Origin: an uncultured bacterium
Lineage (GTDB): Bacteria > Eisenbacteria > RBG-16-71-46 > JABDJR01 > JAWXBZ01
Length of the DNA stretch: 64,000 bases
Direction: 5' to 3'
NCBI GenBank assembly: GCA_964596775.1
Contig: CAZQVN010000004.1
Span: 29,638 to 93,637 of the forward strand
Of the stretch, positions 9,794 to 18,475 are shown piece by piece (the first letter of the stretch is position 1; each line of letters starts with the position of its first letter). Position numbers and translations under genes: made by a program. Under the pieces are notes generated by a model that saw only the letters and a program-made list of their open reading frames with translations, was not told the origin of the DNA and ran no database searches.

Positions 9794-11803
9794 ATGCGTC
9801 TTCCCCGACCTCCCGATTTCAAGCCGGTGGCCCTCTCTCTTCTCCTTCTGCTGTCCGCCTGTGGCAAGGATCGGATGGAGGTTGTCGTTCCCGACACCAC
9901 CGCACCCGCGGCCGTGTCGGACCTCACCACCGTTGCCCTTTCGGACACATCGATCCAGCTCATCTGGACCGCCACCGGCGATGACGGTGATGAGGGCCAG
10001 GCCTCCCGCTACGACATCCGGATCAACCCGGAACCGTTTCCACACGGCCACTTTCCGCCCCTTCCGACCGCGGGCGATTCGCTCGTTCCCGCTCCGGCGG
10101 GCACAACGCAAACCGTTACCGTAGGCGGCCTGACGGCGAATACGACCTACTATTTCGCGATGAAAGTCGGCGACGAAATTCCGAACTGGTCTCCCCTGTC
10201 CAACGTGGCCGGAAGAAAGACGCTACCCGAGCCGCCACCGCCGGACCGGACACCTCCGCAGGCGATCACGGACCTGAACGTCATCGCGTTCACGCCGACG
10301 TCGGTCACGCTCACCTGGACCTCGGTCGGTGATGACGGCGCCACGGGGATCGCATCCAGCTACGACGTGCGATACGCCCCGGAACCGATCAGCGAGGCCA
10401 CCTGGGATTTCGCGACGGAAGTTCCCGGCGAGCCGACCCCCGCCGCTCCCGGGAAGAGGGAAACACTGAAAGCCGAAGGGCTGACTCCCGGCAAATCGAT
10501 CTACTTCGCCATCAAAGCGGCCGACGAAGTGCCCAACTGGTCAACGGTATCGGCCAGCATCCAGGCCATGACGAACATCCCCCGCACCTGGCGGATTTAC
10601 GTGGACGGCAGCGGGGATGCGGCGACGATTCAGGAAGCCATCGATCGGGCGCTGGCGGCCGACACTGTTCTCGTTCATCCCGGCACCTACTACGAGAACA
10701 TGCTCACGATGAGCAAGGACCTGGTGATCCGGAGCGCCGAGGGTCCAGAAGTGACGATCCTGGACGGAAGCCGGAAGCCGGAAACAATCCTGATGATGAC
10801 GGAAGGCGTGACGCCGGCCACCGTGATTCAGGGACTCACGTTTACGAATGGGCATGAAACGAGAGAATTTCGCGGTGGAGGGATGACTTGCCTGTCCGCG
10901 TTTCCGACTGTCCGTGGGAATCACTTCAGAAGAAACAGTGCTCCAACGGGTGGAGGAATTCTCTTCCATATGAACGGGAAGGCTTTCCAAGCTCGTGTGG
11001 AAGGCAATCTCATTGAAAACAACGAAGCATCAAACAATGCTGGTGGCATGGGTATCATCAACACTCTTCGTGTTCATGTCACCTTGGCAGTTATCGAGGG
11101 AAATGAATTTCGAAACAATCGAGTTGTGAATGGAGATGGCGGCGGCCTTTGGGTTCTCATGAACGATGCTTCGATAGCAGTGACTGGGAATGCCTTCATT
11201 GAAAATGAAACTGGTGACCATGGAGGCGGCATCTACATTGGAGGTTACTACGATCGATTCCAGATCGTTGGAAATCTAATTGTGGGGAATGCTGCTTTCG
11301 GACTTGGCACTGGTGATACGGGTTCCGGGGGGGGCGTATGGTTGAGCCTGATCAATGGAGCCTTTCGTCATAACACGCTCGTCGGCAATCGAGGAGAGGG
11401 TGAGTCGCCCTGCAGTGGAGGAGGGGTTCTTCTTGAGGGGATCGGTGATGGCCTGGATGTTTCCGACAATATCATTGTCCGGAGTGAGGGATGCGCCATC
11501 ACACTCTTCAGAAAACATCATTCCGCTCGCCTGGGCCGGAATATTTTCTGGGACAACGACGGAACCTCCAGCGCAAAGAACTACACGGGAGGTGGCGATT
11601 CCAGACCCATCGAAGAACCGCTTCCGGCGGGTTGGGAGGATGAACTTCTCTTCGTCGACCCCCAGTTCTGCAATGAATCCAACGGCGACTATCGAGTCGC
11701 CGCCACTTCTCCCGCCGTCATTGGAAAGGAGGTCATGGGCGCCTATGAAGAACCCGGCTGTGCCAACAGTAGTTTTGTGAGAAAGGTGCGGAGTCCGAGG
11801 TAA
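9794..11803 (+). CDS. lipoprotein with two fibronectin type III domains and right-handed parallel beta-helix repeats (pectin-lyase-like fold)
   Basis: Lipobox LLLLLSACG follows the internal Met at 9794. Two Fn3-like modules each contain L(I/T)WT(A/S)(T/V)GDDG...YD(I/V)RY. The C-terminal half is rich in NNxxxxGGG beta-helix turns. Confidence 0.65.
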   Translation: MRLPRPPDFKPVALSLLLLLSACGKDRMEVVVPDTTAPAAVSDLTTVALSDTSIQLIWTATGDDGDEGQASRYDIRINPEPFPHGHFPPLPTAGDSLVPAPAGTTQTVTVGGLTANTTYYFAMKVGDEIPNWSPLSNVAGRKTLPEPPPPDRTPPQAITDLNVIAFTPTSVTLTWTSVGDDGATGIASSYDVRYAPEPISEATWDFATEVPGEPTPAAPGKRETLKAEGLTPGKSIYFAIKAADEVPNWSTVSASIQAMTNIPRTWRIYVDGSGDAATIQEAIDRALAADTVLVHPGTYYENMLTMSKDLVIRSAEGPEVTILDGSRKPETILMMTEGVTPATVIQGLTFTNGHETREFRGGGMTCLSAFPTVRGNHFRRNSAPTGGGILFHMNGKAFQARVEGNLIENNEASNNAGGMGIINTLRVHVTLAVIEGNEFRNNRVVNGDGGGLWVLMNDASIAVTGNAFIENETGDHGGGIYIGGYYDRFQIVGNLIVGNAAFGLGTGDTGSGGGVWLSLINGAFRHNTLVGNRGEGESPCSGGGVLLEGIGDGLDVSDNIIVRSEGCAITLFRKHHSARLGRNIFWDNDGTSSAKNYTGGGDSRPIEEPLPAGWEDELLFVDPQFCNESNGDYRVAATSPAVIGKEVMGAYEEPGCANSSFVRKVRSPR

Positions 11804-11887
11804 ATTGCCTTCAGATTCCAATCCAAAACGAACGACCAGGGAAACCGGTGAGCCCCGCGACTCCCTGATCGTTGGGAGCACAAGCAA

Positions 11888-14446
11888 ATGCGAGGAAGCA
11901 TGTATTTCATTACGCTCGTTGTGCTGGGAATTGTCAGCACTCATCGAGTGCAGGCGGCAGAATGGGAAATCCCTGGCGATAACAGACAGATTTCGCTAAT
12001 CATTCCGTCGACAGCCAGCGGAGATACAATTTCAGTTCTGACTGGGTTTGACCCTCAACGCCCGATCTACGTCAACAAGTCCCTCCTGATCCGAAACACA
12101 ACGGGCAGCCCCGTCACGATACTCTCCGACACGGACAGTATGGCCGTCGATGTAGCGGCATCCGGCGTCGTGATTGACGGTGGATCCTCCGGATTTCTTA
12201 TCACGGGCGCTTCCGGTCCGTCGTCGGTCGTGGATCTCTTCAACGCCACGATGAAGAACTGCAATATCGAAGACAGCGGATACGCCTACGCGACGGACGG
12301 TGTCGTTCACATCGCGCTGGGCGGCAAGCTGCTGGACTGCACGATCGATCTCTCCTCGACCAGTTCCGCCTACGCCATTGAAATCGAAACGACGTCCGGA
12401 GCGGAAGTTTCCAACTGCACGATCACGAGCGCCAAGAACAGCGCCGGCGGCGACTACGAAGCCGTTATCGTCAACGCGAATGGCGCGACATTGAGCAACA
12501 ACACGATAGAGTTTACACAGGCCGGCACCAACGGTGCTGCAATCACCTATCTCACGGGAACATCCTGCACGATCGAGGACAACCTGATTCTGGGCGCGGT
12601 CACCCATGGTATTCGTGTCAGTGGCTCCGGCGCCGTCGTCAACGGCAACATCATCGACCTCGCGACCGCCGGCAACGGGTTCTACCTGTCCGGCTCGGGA
12701 ACTCTCGAGAAGAACACGGTCTTTGCGGACACCACCTGCATGGTTGGTTCCACAGGGATCTACGTTGCGAGCAGCAGTGGAACCAGCACCGTCAACAACA
12801 ATCTGTTCTACAACGTGGACTACGGCGTGTACTACAACACCGGCACCACCGACAGCTTCTCCCACAACATCTTCTGGGGATCCTGCGGAGATTCCAGCAA
12901 CCGGAGCCTGTCGTCGAGCCAGATCTCCACGAAGGAGCCACTCTTCTGCGACGCGCAGGAGGGAACGGAGTCGTTCACGCAACGGATCGATTCGCACGCG
13001 GCGCCGGGCAACAACGGCTGGGGAGAACTCGTCGGCGCCCGGGATATCGAATGCGCCTGGGGAACGCTGGCCCGGAATACCACCGTTCCGAAAAGCAGGA
13101 CGGTCAAGATGCTCAGGGATGTCACGGTCAGTTCCGGAAAGACGCTGACGGTGGCTCATGACGTATCGTTCCTCGTGGACGACGATGACGATGGGGTTGG
13201 CGGCAGCGATACGGCCAAGAACGAGCTGATCGTCTCCGGAACATTGACCGTCACCGGCAAGGCGGACTCGCTGGTGGAGTTCTTTTCTTCGAAGGCGTCG
13301 CCGGGGGAAAGCGACTGGCGCGGCATCGACGTGAAGGGCGATGCCACGGCGCACGTGGACCATGCCGATGTCCGCAATGCGGTCTACGGTGTCCTGATCA
13401 CGGGGCCGGATACCGCATCGGTAACGAATTCCGCTTTCAGTAGCAATGGCACCTTCGACGTTGTGGCTGCAGGCGGCGGCTATGCCCTGTCCGTGCTCGT
13501 CAGCGACAACACCATCACCGTCGGCGGCGGATCCGGGGTCGTCATCAACGACTCTCCGGGCGGGTGCCGGGTCGAGGACAACACGGTCAACGGCTCCAGT
13601 TCCTCCACGAACGGGATCTGGGTGGGTTACTCCACGACCGGCGCCGTTGCCACGCTCAAGAACAACACCGTCGACGGCCTGTCGGCGGGCGCCGGTATCC
13701 GGAATGAGCTTGCGGCTTCCAGCCCCACCCTGACGTCGAATCACCCGATGAACAACAAGTGGGGGATCTACGTGGCTGGGGGGAGTCCGACGATCGGAAC
13801 GCTGGCCGATACGACCCTGGACAACGTCTGCACCGGCAACAGCACTTCGGGGATGTTCTTTACCGGATCCTCGACGACCGGAACGGTCCGGCAGAGCCGC
13901 TGCACCGGCAACGGAACCGGGATCATCACAAAGGGAAATGCGAACCCGGACCTCGGCTCCTCGGCCAACGTCTACAACATTCTGGTTCCCAACACCACCT
14001 ACTGTCTCTGGAATCAGTCCACGTCCGGAACGGTGTCCGCCCAGGGCAACTACATCGGCGGCTGTTCGCCGCCGCCAGGCGTCTGCTGGAACGGGTCGTT
14101 CGATCTGACAAGCGCTCTCTGCTCGGTTCCATCGGAGCAGGTCTTCGCTGTGGAACCGGTCCCCCGGTTCAGGCTCCTCGGTCCCCGACCGAACCCGCTG
14201 GTGTCCTCCACATCGATCCATTTTGCGGTCGGGGCGGAGAACACCCGGGTCGGCGCTTCCGTCTTCGACATCAGCGGACGGCTGGTGCGCACGATCGGTG
14301 AACAGAAATTCCTGCCCGGCGATCACCGGATTGTCTGGGACGGCACGAACGACGCCGGCCGGGCTGTTTCGAGCGGCCTCTACTTCATCCGCGTTTCGGT
14401 TGACGACATTTCACGGGAAGCCACGAAGATCCTCGTGGCCCGATAG
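11888..14446 (+). CDS. secreted right-handed beta-helix repeat protein with C-terminal FlgD-Ig/T9SS-type sorting domain
   Basis: Signal peptide MRGSMYFITLVVLGIVSTHRVQA. Extensive G/S/T/N-rich beta-helix repeats. C-terminus PNPLVSSTSIHFAVGAENTRVGASVFDISGRLVRTI...WDGTNDAGRAVSSGLYFIRVSVDD...KILVAR. Confidence 0.7.
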   Translation: MRGSMYFITLVVLGIVSTHRVQAAEWEIPGDNRQISLIIPSTASGDTISVLTGFDPQRPIYVNKSLLIRNTTGSPVTILSDTDSMAVDVAASGVVIDGGSSGFLITGASGPSSVVDLFNATMKNCNIEDSGYAYATDGVVHIALGGKLLDCTIDLSSTSSAYAIEIETTSGAEVSNCTITSAKNSAGGDYEAVIVNANGATLSNNTIEFTQAGTNGAAITYLTGTSCTIEDNLILGAVTHGIRVSGSGAVVNGNIIDLATAGNGFYLSGSGTLEKNTVFADTTCMVGSTGIYVASSSGTSTVNNNLFYNVDYGVYYNTGTTDSFSHNIFWGSCGDSSNRSLSSSQISTKEPLFCDAQEGTESFTQRIDSHAAPGNNGWGELVGARDIECAWGTLARNTTVPKSRTVKMLRDVTVSSGKTLTVAHDVSFLVDDDDDGVGGSDTAKNELIVSGTLTVTGKADSLVEFFSSKASPGESDWRGIDVKGDATAHVDHADVRNAVYGVLITGPDTASVTNSAFSSNGTFDVVAAGGGYALSVLVSDNTITVGGGSGVVINDSPGGCRVEDNTVNGSSSSTNGIWVGYSTTGAVATLKNNTVDGLSAGAGIRNELAASSPTLTSNHPMNNKWGIYVAGGSPTIGTLADTTLDNVCTGNSTSGMFFTGSSTTGTVRQSRCTGNGTGIITKGNANPDLGSSANVYNILVPNTTYCLWNQSTSGTVSAQGNYIGGCSPPPGVCWNGSFDLTSALCSVPSEQVFAVEPVPRFRLLGPRPNPLVSSTSIHFAVGAENTRVGASVFDISGRLVRTIGEQKFLPGDHRIVWDGTNDAGRAVSSGLYFIRVSVDDISREATKILVAR

Positions 14447-14461
14447 AAGGAGGACTGAACC

Positions 14462-14971
14462 ATGAAGACATCCACCTGCTTTCTGAGCCTGGGCCTGCTG
14501 CTGTCGGCCCCCGCTGCCGTTCATGCGGACATGCTGTCCGTGGCTCCATCTCAAACGATGGTTCTCCCGGACGACCAGACCGGCACCGCCCGCGTGGCTC
14601 TTCTCTTTGACCTGTCCGGACTTCGCGCAGGCGAAGGAAGAAGAGTCGACGAGGCACTGATCGACTGGACGATTTCCGGAGTTCCTTCCGGATCGTCGTC
14701 GACCTATTCACTGTTCCCGGCCACGGCGGCGTGGAACGGGTCGTCCGTTTCCATCGCTGAAGATCCCGTGGAGGTCTGGGATATCGAGCCTCTCGAAGTC
14801 GAACGCAACGGCGGGCTCGTCCGGTTCTCGCTGCGCGATCTGGCCTCGGACTGGGCCGAGGGAGGATCCAACTACGGTGTCGTCATCACGACGCCGGACG
14901 TGACTGCACAGACGCTGGCGGCGCAGATGTTGGACGCCAGATTGATTGTGAGATACGGATTCTTCAGATAA
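14462..14971 (+). CDS. small secreted hypothetical protein
   Basis: Signal peptide MKTSTCFLSLGLLLSAPAAVHA. It starts 16 nt after the preceding gene, consistent with co-transcription, and GC3 is high. No recognisable motif. Confidence 0.5.
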   Translation: MKTSTCFLSLGLLLSAPAAVHADMLSVAPSQTMVLPDDQTGTARVALLFDLSGLRAGEGRRVDEALIDWTISGVPSGSSSTYSLFPATAAWNGSSVSIAEDPVEVWDIEPLEVERNGGLVRFSLRDLASDWAEGGSNYGVVITTPDVTAQTLAAQMLDARLIVRYGFFR

Positions 14972-15170
14972 GAGTACGAATGCCGGGAGGACGTCCGAAG
15001 GACCCTCCTCCCGGCTTTTCCGTGCTATACGGAGGGATCAAGCGGTAGAAGTAATCCCCGGCGACTTACCGCAGACTCACGGATTCTTTCCCTGAAACCC
15101 CGCCGGAAGCCGCTCCGTATTTGAACCGTCCGATTATCGCAGCGCCACCCGTCATCCCCGGAGGTTCGCC

Positions 15171-16208
15171 ATGTCGACAGTGTCCCGATTCGTGACGGTC
15201 TCACTCCTGCTGCTCATGGGCCTGGCCCAGGGGCGTCCGGCGGCGGCCCAGCCGGCCTGCGTCCGGATCTCCGAGCAGGACTCCACGCTGAACAACCTGG
15301 TCGACCCTCCGGGTTACCGGACCGGTCGGCTCGGGGATCCGGGCGATCACCGGAGGATCGGGACCGGCCCGCGGGCAATGATCGTGATCGCCGGCCTCGG
15401 GTTCGGCGCCGGCGTCTTCGACAACCTGGTCGCGGATTTCGGCGAGCGGTTCACGATCCACACGGTGACGCTCCCCGGCTTCGGCGGCACGCCGGCTCCT
15501 CCCAGCCCCCCGGAAGGAACGAGCTTCGGTCAGCAGACCTGGACGAACGGGACGCTGGCCGGCCTCGAGGCGCTGATCGCCGCGGAGGGGATCGACGACG
15601 CGATCGTGGTCGGGCACTGGCTGGTCGGAACCCAGCTCGCAGTCCGACTGGCGGTGAAACACCCGGACACGATCCGGGGCGTGATCCTCCTGGCCGGCAC
15701 GCCGCGCTGGTTCGTCACCGACCCGCAGTTCGAGCAGTTCTACGGCACCCCGGAACTCCGGGTGCGGTCGATCGACCAGTGGCTGGCCCCGCGCTGGTTC
15801 CGGACCGTCACCCGGGAAACCTGGGACGACAACAACTTCCTCCCCGGCGACTACGCGGTGAACCCGATCCGGGGGCTCCGTCTCTGGCGGGAGGCGGCCC
15901 GTCCGCCGCTCCATGTCTGGGTCCGCTGGCTCTGCGAGTTCAACGCCCAGGATCTCTGTGCCGACCTCGACCGCCTGTCCGTCCCCACGCTGGTCCTGCG
16001 TCCCGGCCTCGAGGGGCTGTGGCACGACGGGTCGAACTACATGCGGGACACGTACTGCCACACCACCTGGAACGGCTGCGCCGCCGGCAATGCAAAGATC
16101 CGCCACGTGACGATCCCGGACTCGCGGGCCTGCCTCTGGTTCGATCAGCCGGAAGCGGTCGGCGCGGCGATCGGGGCGTTCCTCGACGAGATCGAAGCGA
16201 CGCGTTAA
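15171..16208 (+). CDS. secreted alpha/beta-hydrolase-fold protein (the nucleophile-elbow position appears to be Trp, not Ser)
   Basis: Signal peptide MSTVSRFVTVSLLLLMGLAQG. Core MIVIAGLGFGAG...AIVVGHWLVGTQLAV...VILLAGTP resembles the alpha/beta hydrolase beta5-elbow, but reads G-H-W-L-V where G-x-S-x-G is expected. Confidence 0.5.
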   Translation: MSTVSRFVTVSLLLLMGLAQGRPAAAQPACVRISEQDSTLNNLVDPPGYRTGRLGDPGDHRRIGTGPRAMIVIAGLGFGAGVFDNLVADFGERFTIHTVTLPGFGGTPAPPSPPEGTSFGQQTWTNGTLAGLEALIAAEGIDDAIVVGHWLVGTQLAVRLAVKHPDTIRGVILLAGTPRWFVTDPQFEQFYGTPELRVRSIDQWLAPRWFRTVTRETWDDNNFLPGDYAVNPIRGLRLWREAARPPLHVWVRWLCEFNAQDLCADLDRLSVPTLVLRPGLEGLWHDGSNYMRDTYCHTTWNGCAAGNAKIRHVTIPDSRACLWFDQPEAVGAAIGAFLDEIEATR

Positions 16209-16342
16209 CGCGAACGGGACGACCGGCCGTGTCGCGGAACGCCGGCGACCCGTGACGGCTTCGCGTGAATACTCGGAATGGCCTGTGCTACCCTGCGCAC
16301 GCGTATTGAATTTTTGCCTGAACCCGCGGGAAACCTGAATCC

Positions 16343-17725
16343 ATGATCGTTCTCAAGTTCGGCGGCACATCCGTGGAGGACGCGCCGGCGCTCCGCCGGG
16401 CCGCGGCCATCGTGTCGGCGTGCCGCGCCCGGAATCCGGTTGTCGTCGTCTCCGCGCTCTCCGGCGTCACGAACCGGCTGACCGAGGCCGCCGCAACCGC
16501 CCGTTCCGGCGACTCCGGCCGGGCGCTGGCGATCCTCGACCGGCTGGCCCTCCGCCATCGCGACACCGCCGACGACTGCATGGACGGGCCGGCCCGCGCG
16601 GAGCTCGAGCGAATCATCACGGAACGGTTCGCCGAGGCGGAAACCGCGCTGCTGGAACTCGCCGACCTCCCCGCCGACGATGCCGTAAACGCCGCACGGC
16701 TGACCGACGCGATCCTCGCCACCGGCGAACTCCTCTCCTCGGCAATCGCGGCGGCGGCGTTCACGGCCGCCGGCGTTCCGGCGCATTGCGTGGACATCCG
16801 CCCGCTGATGAAGACGAACATCGATTTCGGCCGGGCCTCGGTGGATCGCGATGCGGCCGCGCCCTTGCTGCGGGCCGGCTTTACCGCCGCGGAGGGCGGG
16901 CCGGTGGCGGTCACGCAGGGGTTCCTCGGCTCCACGCCGAAGGGGATCACCACCACGATCGGCCGCGGCGGCTCCGACCTGTCGGCCACGATTCTCGGGG
17001 CGGCGCTCGACGCGGAGGAGGTGCAGATCTGGACCGACGTGGACGGCATCCTGACGACCGACCCGCGGACCGTGCCCGGCGCCTCGCGGATCGACGTCAT
17101 CTCGTTCGCGGAAGCGTCCGAACTCGCCTACTTCGGCGCCAAGGTTCTGCATCCGAGCACGCTCCGACCGGCCATGATGAAGAACATCCCGGTGCGGGTC
17201 CTGAATTCACGGAAGCCGGACGGCGCCGGCACCACGATCCTCCGCACCGCCCCGAAGGCCCGCGGCCCCATCACCGCGATCGCGTTCAAGCGCGGCATCA
17301 CCGTCCTCAACGTGACGAGCGACCGCATGCTCATGGCCCACGGTTTCCTGGCCCGCCTGTTCGACGTGTTCAGCCGTCACGAAACCGCGGTCGACATGGT
17401 GACGACGTCCGAAGTCAGCGTGTCGATGACGCTCGACGACACGCGCCGGCTGGAGCCGATCCGCGCCGACCTGGCGAAGCTCGGCGACGTCACCGTGGAA
17501 ACGGACCAGGCCATCGTCTGCCTCGTGGGCGAAAGCCTCCGCCACGCCCCCGGACTCGTGCCGCGGATTTTCTCGGCGGTCCGCGATATCCCGGTCTCGA
17601 TGATTTCCCACGGCGCGTCGGCGATCAATCTGAGTTTCGTGACGCCGGGAGCGAATGTGGAGGAGGCGGTGCGGGCGTTGCATGAGGAGTTCTGCGGGGT
17701 GAGGACGGGGTCCTCGATCGTTTGA
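16343..17725 (+). CDS. lysC: aspartate kinase
   Basis: MIVLKFGGTSV N-terminus, amino-acid-kinase core, and C-terminal ACT-domain region (VSMTLDD..., AIVCLVGE...). RBS-like sequence upstream. Confidence 0.9.
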   Translation: MIVLKFGGTSVEDAPALRRAAAIVSACRARNPVVVVSALSGVTNRLTEAAATARSGDSGRALAILDRLALRHRDTADDCMDGPARAELERIITERFAEAETALLELADLPADDAVNAARLTDAILATGELLSSAIAAAAFTAAGVPAHCVDIRPLMKTNIDFGRASVDRDAAAPLLRAGFTAAEGGPVAVTQGFLGSTPKGITTTIGRGGSDLSATILGAALDAEEVQIWTDVDGILTTDPRTVPGASRIDVISFAEASELAYFGAKVLHPSTLRPAMMKNIPVRVLNSRKPDGAGTTILRTAPKARGPITAIAFKRGITVLNVTSDRMLMAHGFLARLFDVFSRHETAVDMVTTSEVSVSMTLDDTRRLEPIRADLAKLGDVTVETDQAIVCLVGESLRHAPGLVPRIFSAVRDIPVSMISHGASAINLSFVTPGANVEEAVRALHEEFCGVRTGSSIV

Positions 17726-17731
17726 GATATC

Positions 17732-17890
17732 TCAAGCTTTTCCGGATCGCAGACGACGGAATTCGAGTATCGCCTCCCGCATCTCAAGGGCCAACCGCAA
17801 CTTTTCAGGCCAGGGCAGCCGACTGCGGCTCTTTTGCCATTCCGTCTGGCGTTCCAGCAGCCTCCGCATCTCCGGGGTCAAATCATTCAT
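17732..17890 (-). CDS. small helical protein (52 aa), possible partner or antitoxin-like component of the upstream nucleotidyltransferase
   Basis: Internal Met start gives MNDLTPEMRRLLERQTEWQKSRSRLPWPEKLRLALEMREAILEFRRLRSGKA. It overlaps the upstream gene's stop by 8 nt (translational coupling). The region has lower GC than its flanks. Confidence 0.35.
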   Translation of the reverse strand: MNDLTPEMRRLLERQTEWQKSRSRLPWPEKLRLALEMREAILEFRRLRSGKA

Positions 17891-18392
17891 CCAGGAACCT
17901 CCTCCTGAAGCGATCCCATTCACTCGAAAGATCGTGACGGGCCGCAAGCTCGGCAATGCTGCCGGGAGTGGTGCTCTCCGATTCAAACAGGGCCAGAATG
18001 CGGGCGAAATCCTTGGGCCGGCCGGCTTTCAGGGCAATGACAGCCAGGTGGTCGGCCCGGACAACCCGGAACGGTTCTCCCTCAAAGTCGACGGTCTCAG
18101 CCCTGTCCACGGCTTCACGGGTCAGGGAATCGAACACCGGGATAAACTGGACCGGCCAGGCACCGACGCGGATAGCCTCCCGTTCCGGTTCGAACCCCTC
18201 GCCCTTGCAGTACTCGTAGATGGGAGAGAGCACGTCCAGGCCCTCTTCCACGGAGGGAACAATCAGAACATCAGCATCAAGCGTCGCAACCGGCTCCGTG
18301 TACCGCATTTGAGCCGTGGCTCCGAAGAGCGCATACGCGGACAGGACACCGGATTCAACAAGCCGATTCAGCAGCTGGGCAACTTCCCGCAT
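17883..18392 (-). CDS. minimal nucleotidyltransferase-fold protein (MNT-like, about 169 aa)
   Basis: MREVAQLLNRLVESGVLSAYALFGATAQMRYTEPVATLDADVLIV fits the Pol-beta-superfamily motif hG[GS]-x(9-13)-DhD-hhhh (FGA...TLDAD-VLIV). The N-terminal Arg/Gly-rich extension of the ORF was judged non-coding. Local GC is about 58%. Confidence 0.5.
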   Translation of the reverse strand: MREVAQLLNRLVESGVLSAYALFGATAQMRYTEPVATLDADVLIVPSVEEGLDVLSPIYEYCKGEGFEPEREAIRVGAWPVQFIPVFDSLTREAVDRAETVDFEGEPFRVVRADHLAVIALKAGRPKDFARILALFESESTTPGSIAELAARHDLSSEWDRFRRRFLDE

Positions 18393-18475
18393 TGGATACC
18401 CTCGCGAACGACGGGACAGGGATCGAATGGTTTTATACTGGCCAGTGTAAGTCTTGAATCGGAATCCGAACAGGG

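Noticed and set aside
14462-14971. Considered calling the small secreted protein a DNRLRE-domain protein because of its beta-helix neighbours
   Set aside because: The defining DNRLRE motif is not present in the sequence, so the protein was left as hypothetical.
16209-16342. Possible lysine riboswitch upstream of lysC
   Set aside because: The leader is only about 130 nt and lacks the conserved L-box helices and motifs (no GAGGCGC or GGTGAAA-type elements), so there is no support for a riboswitch.
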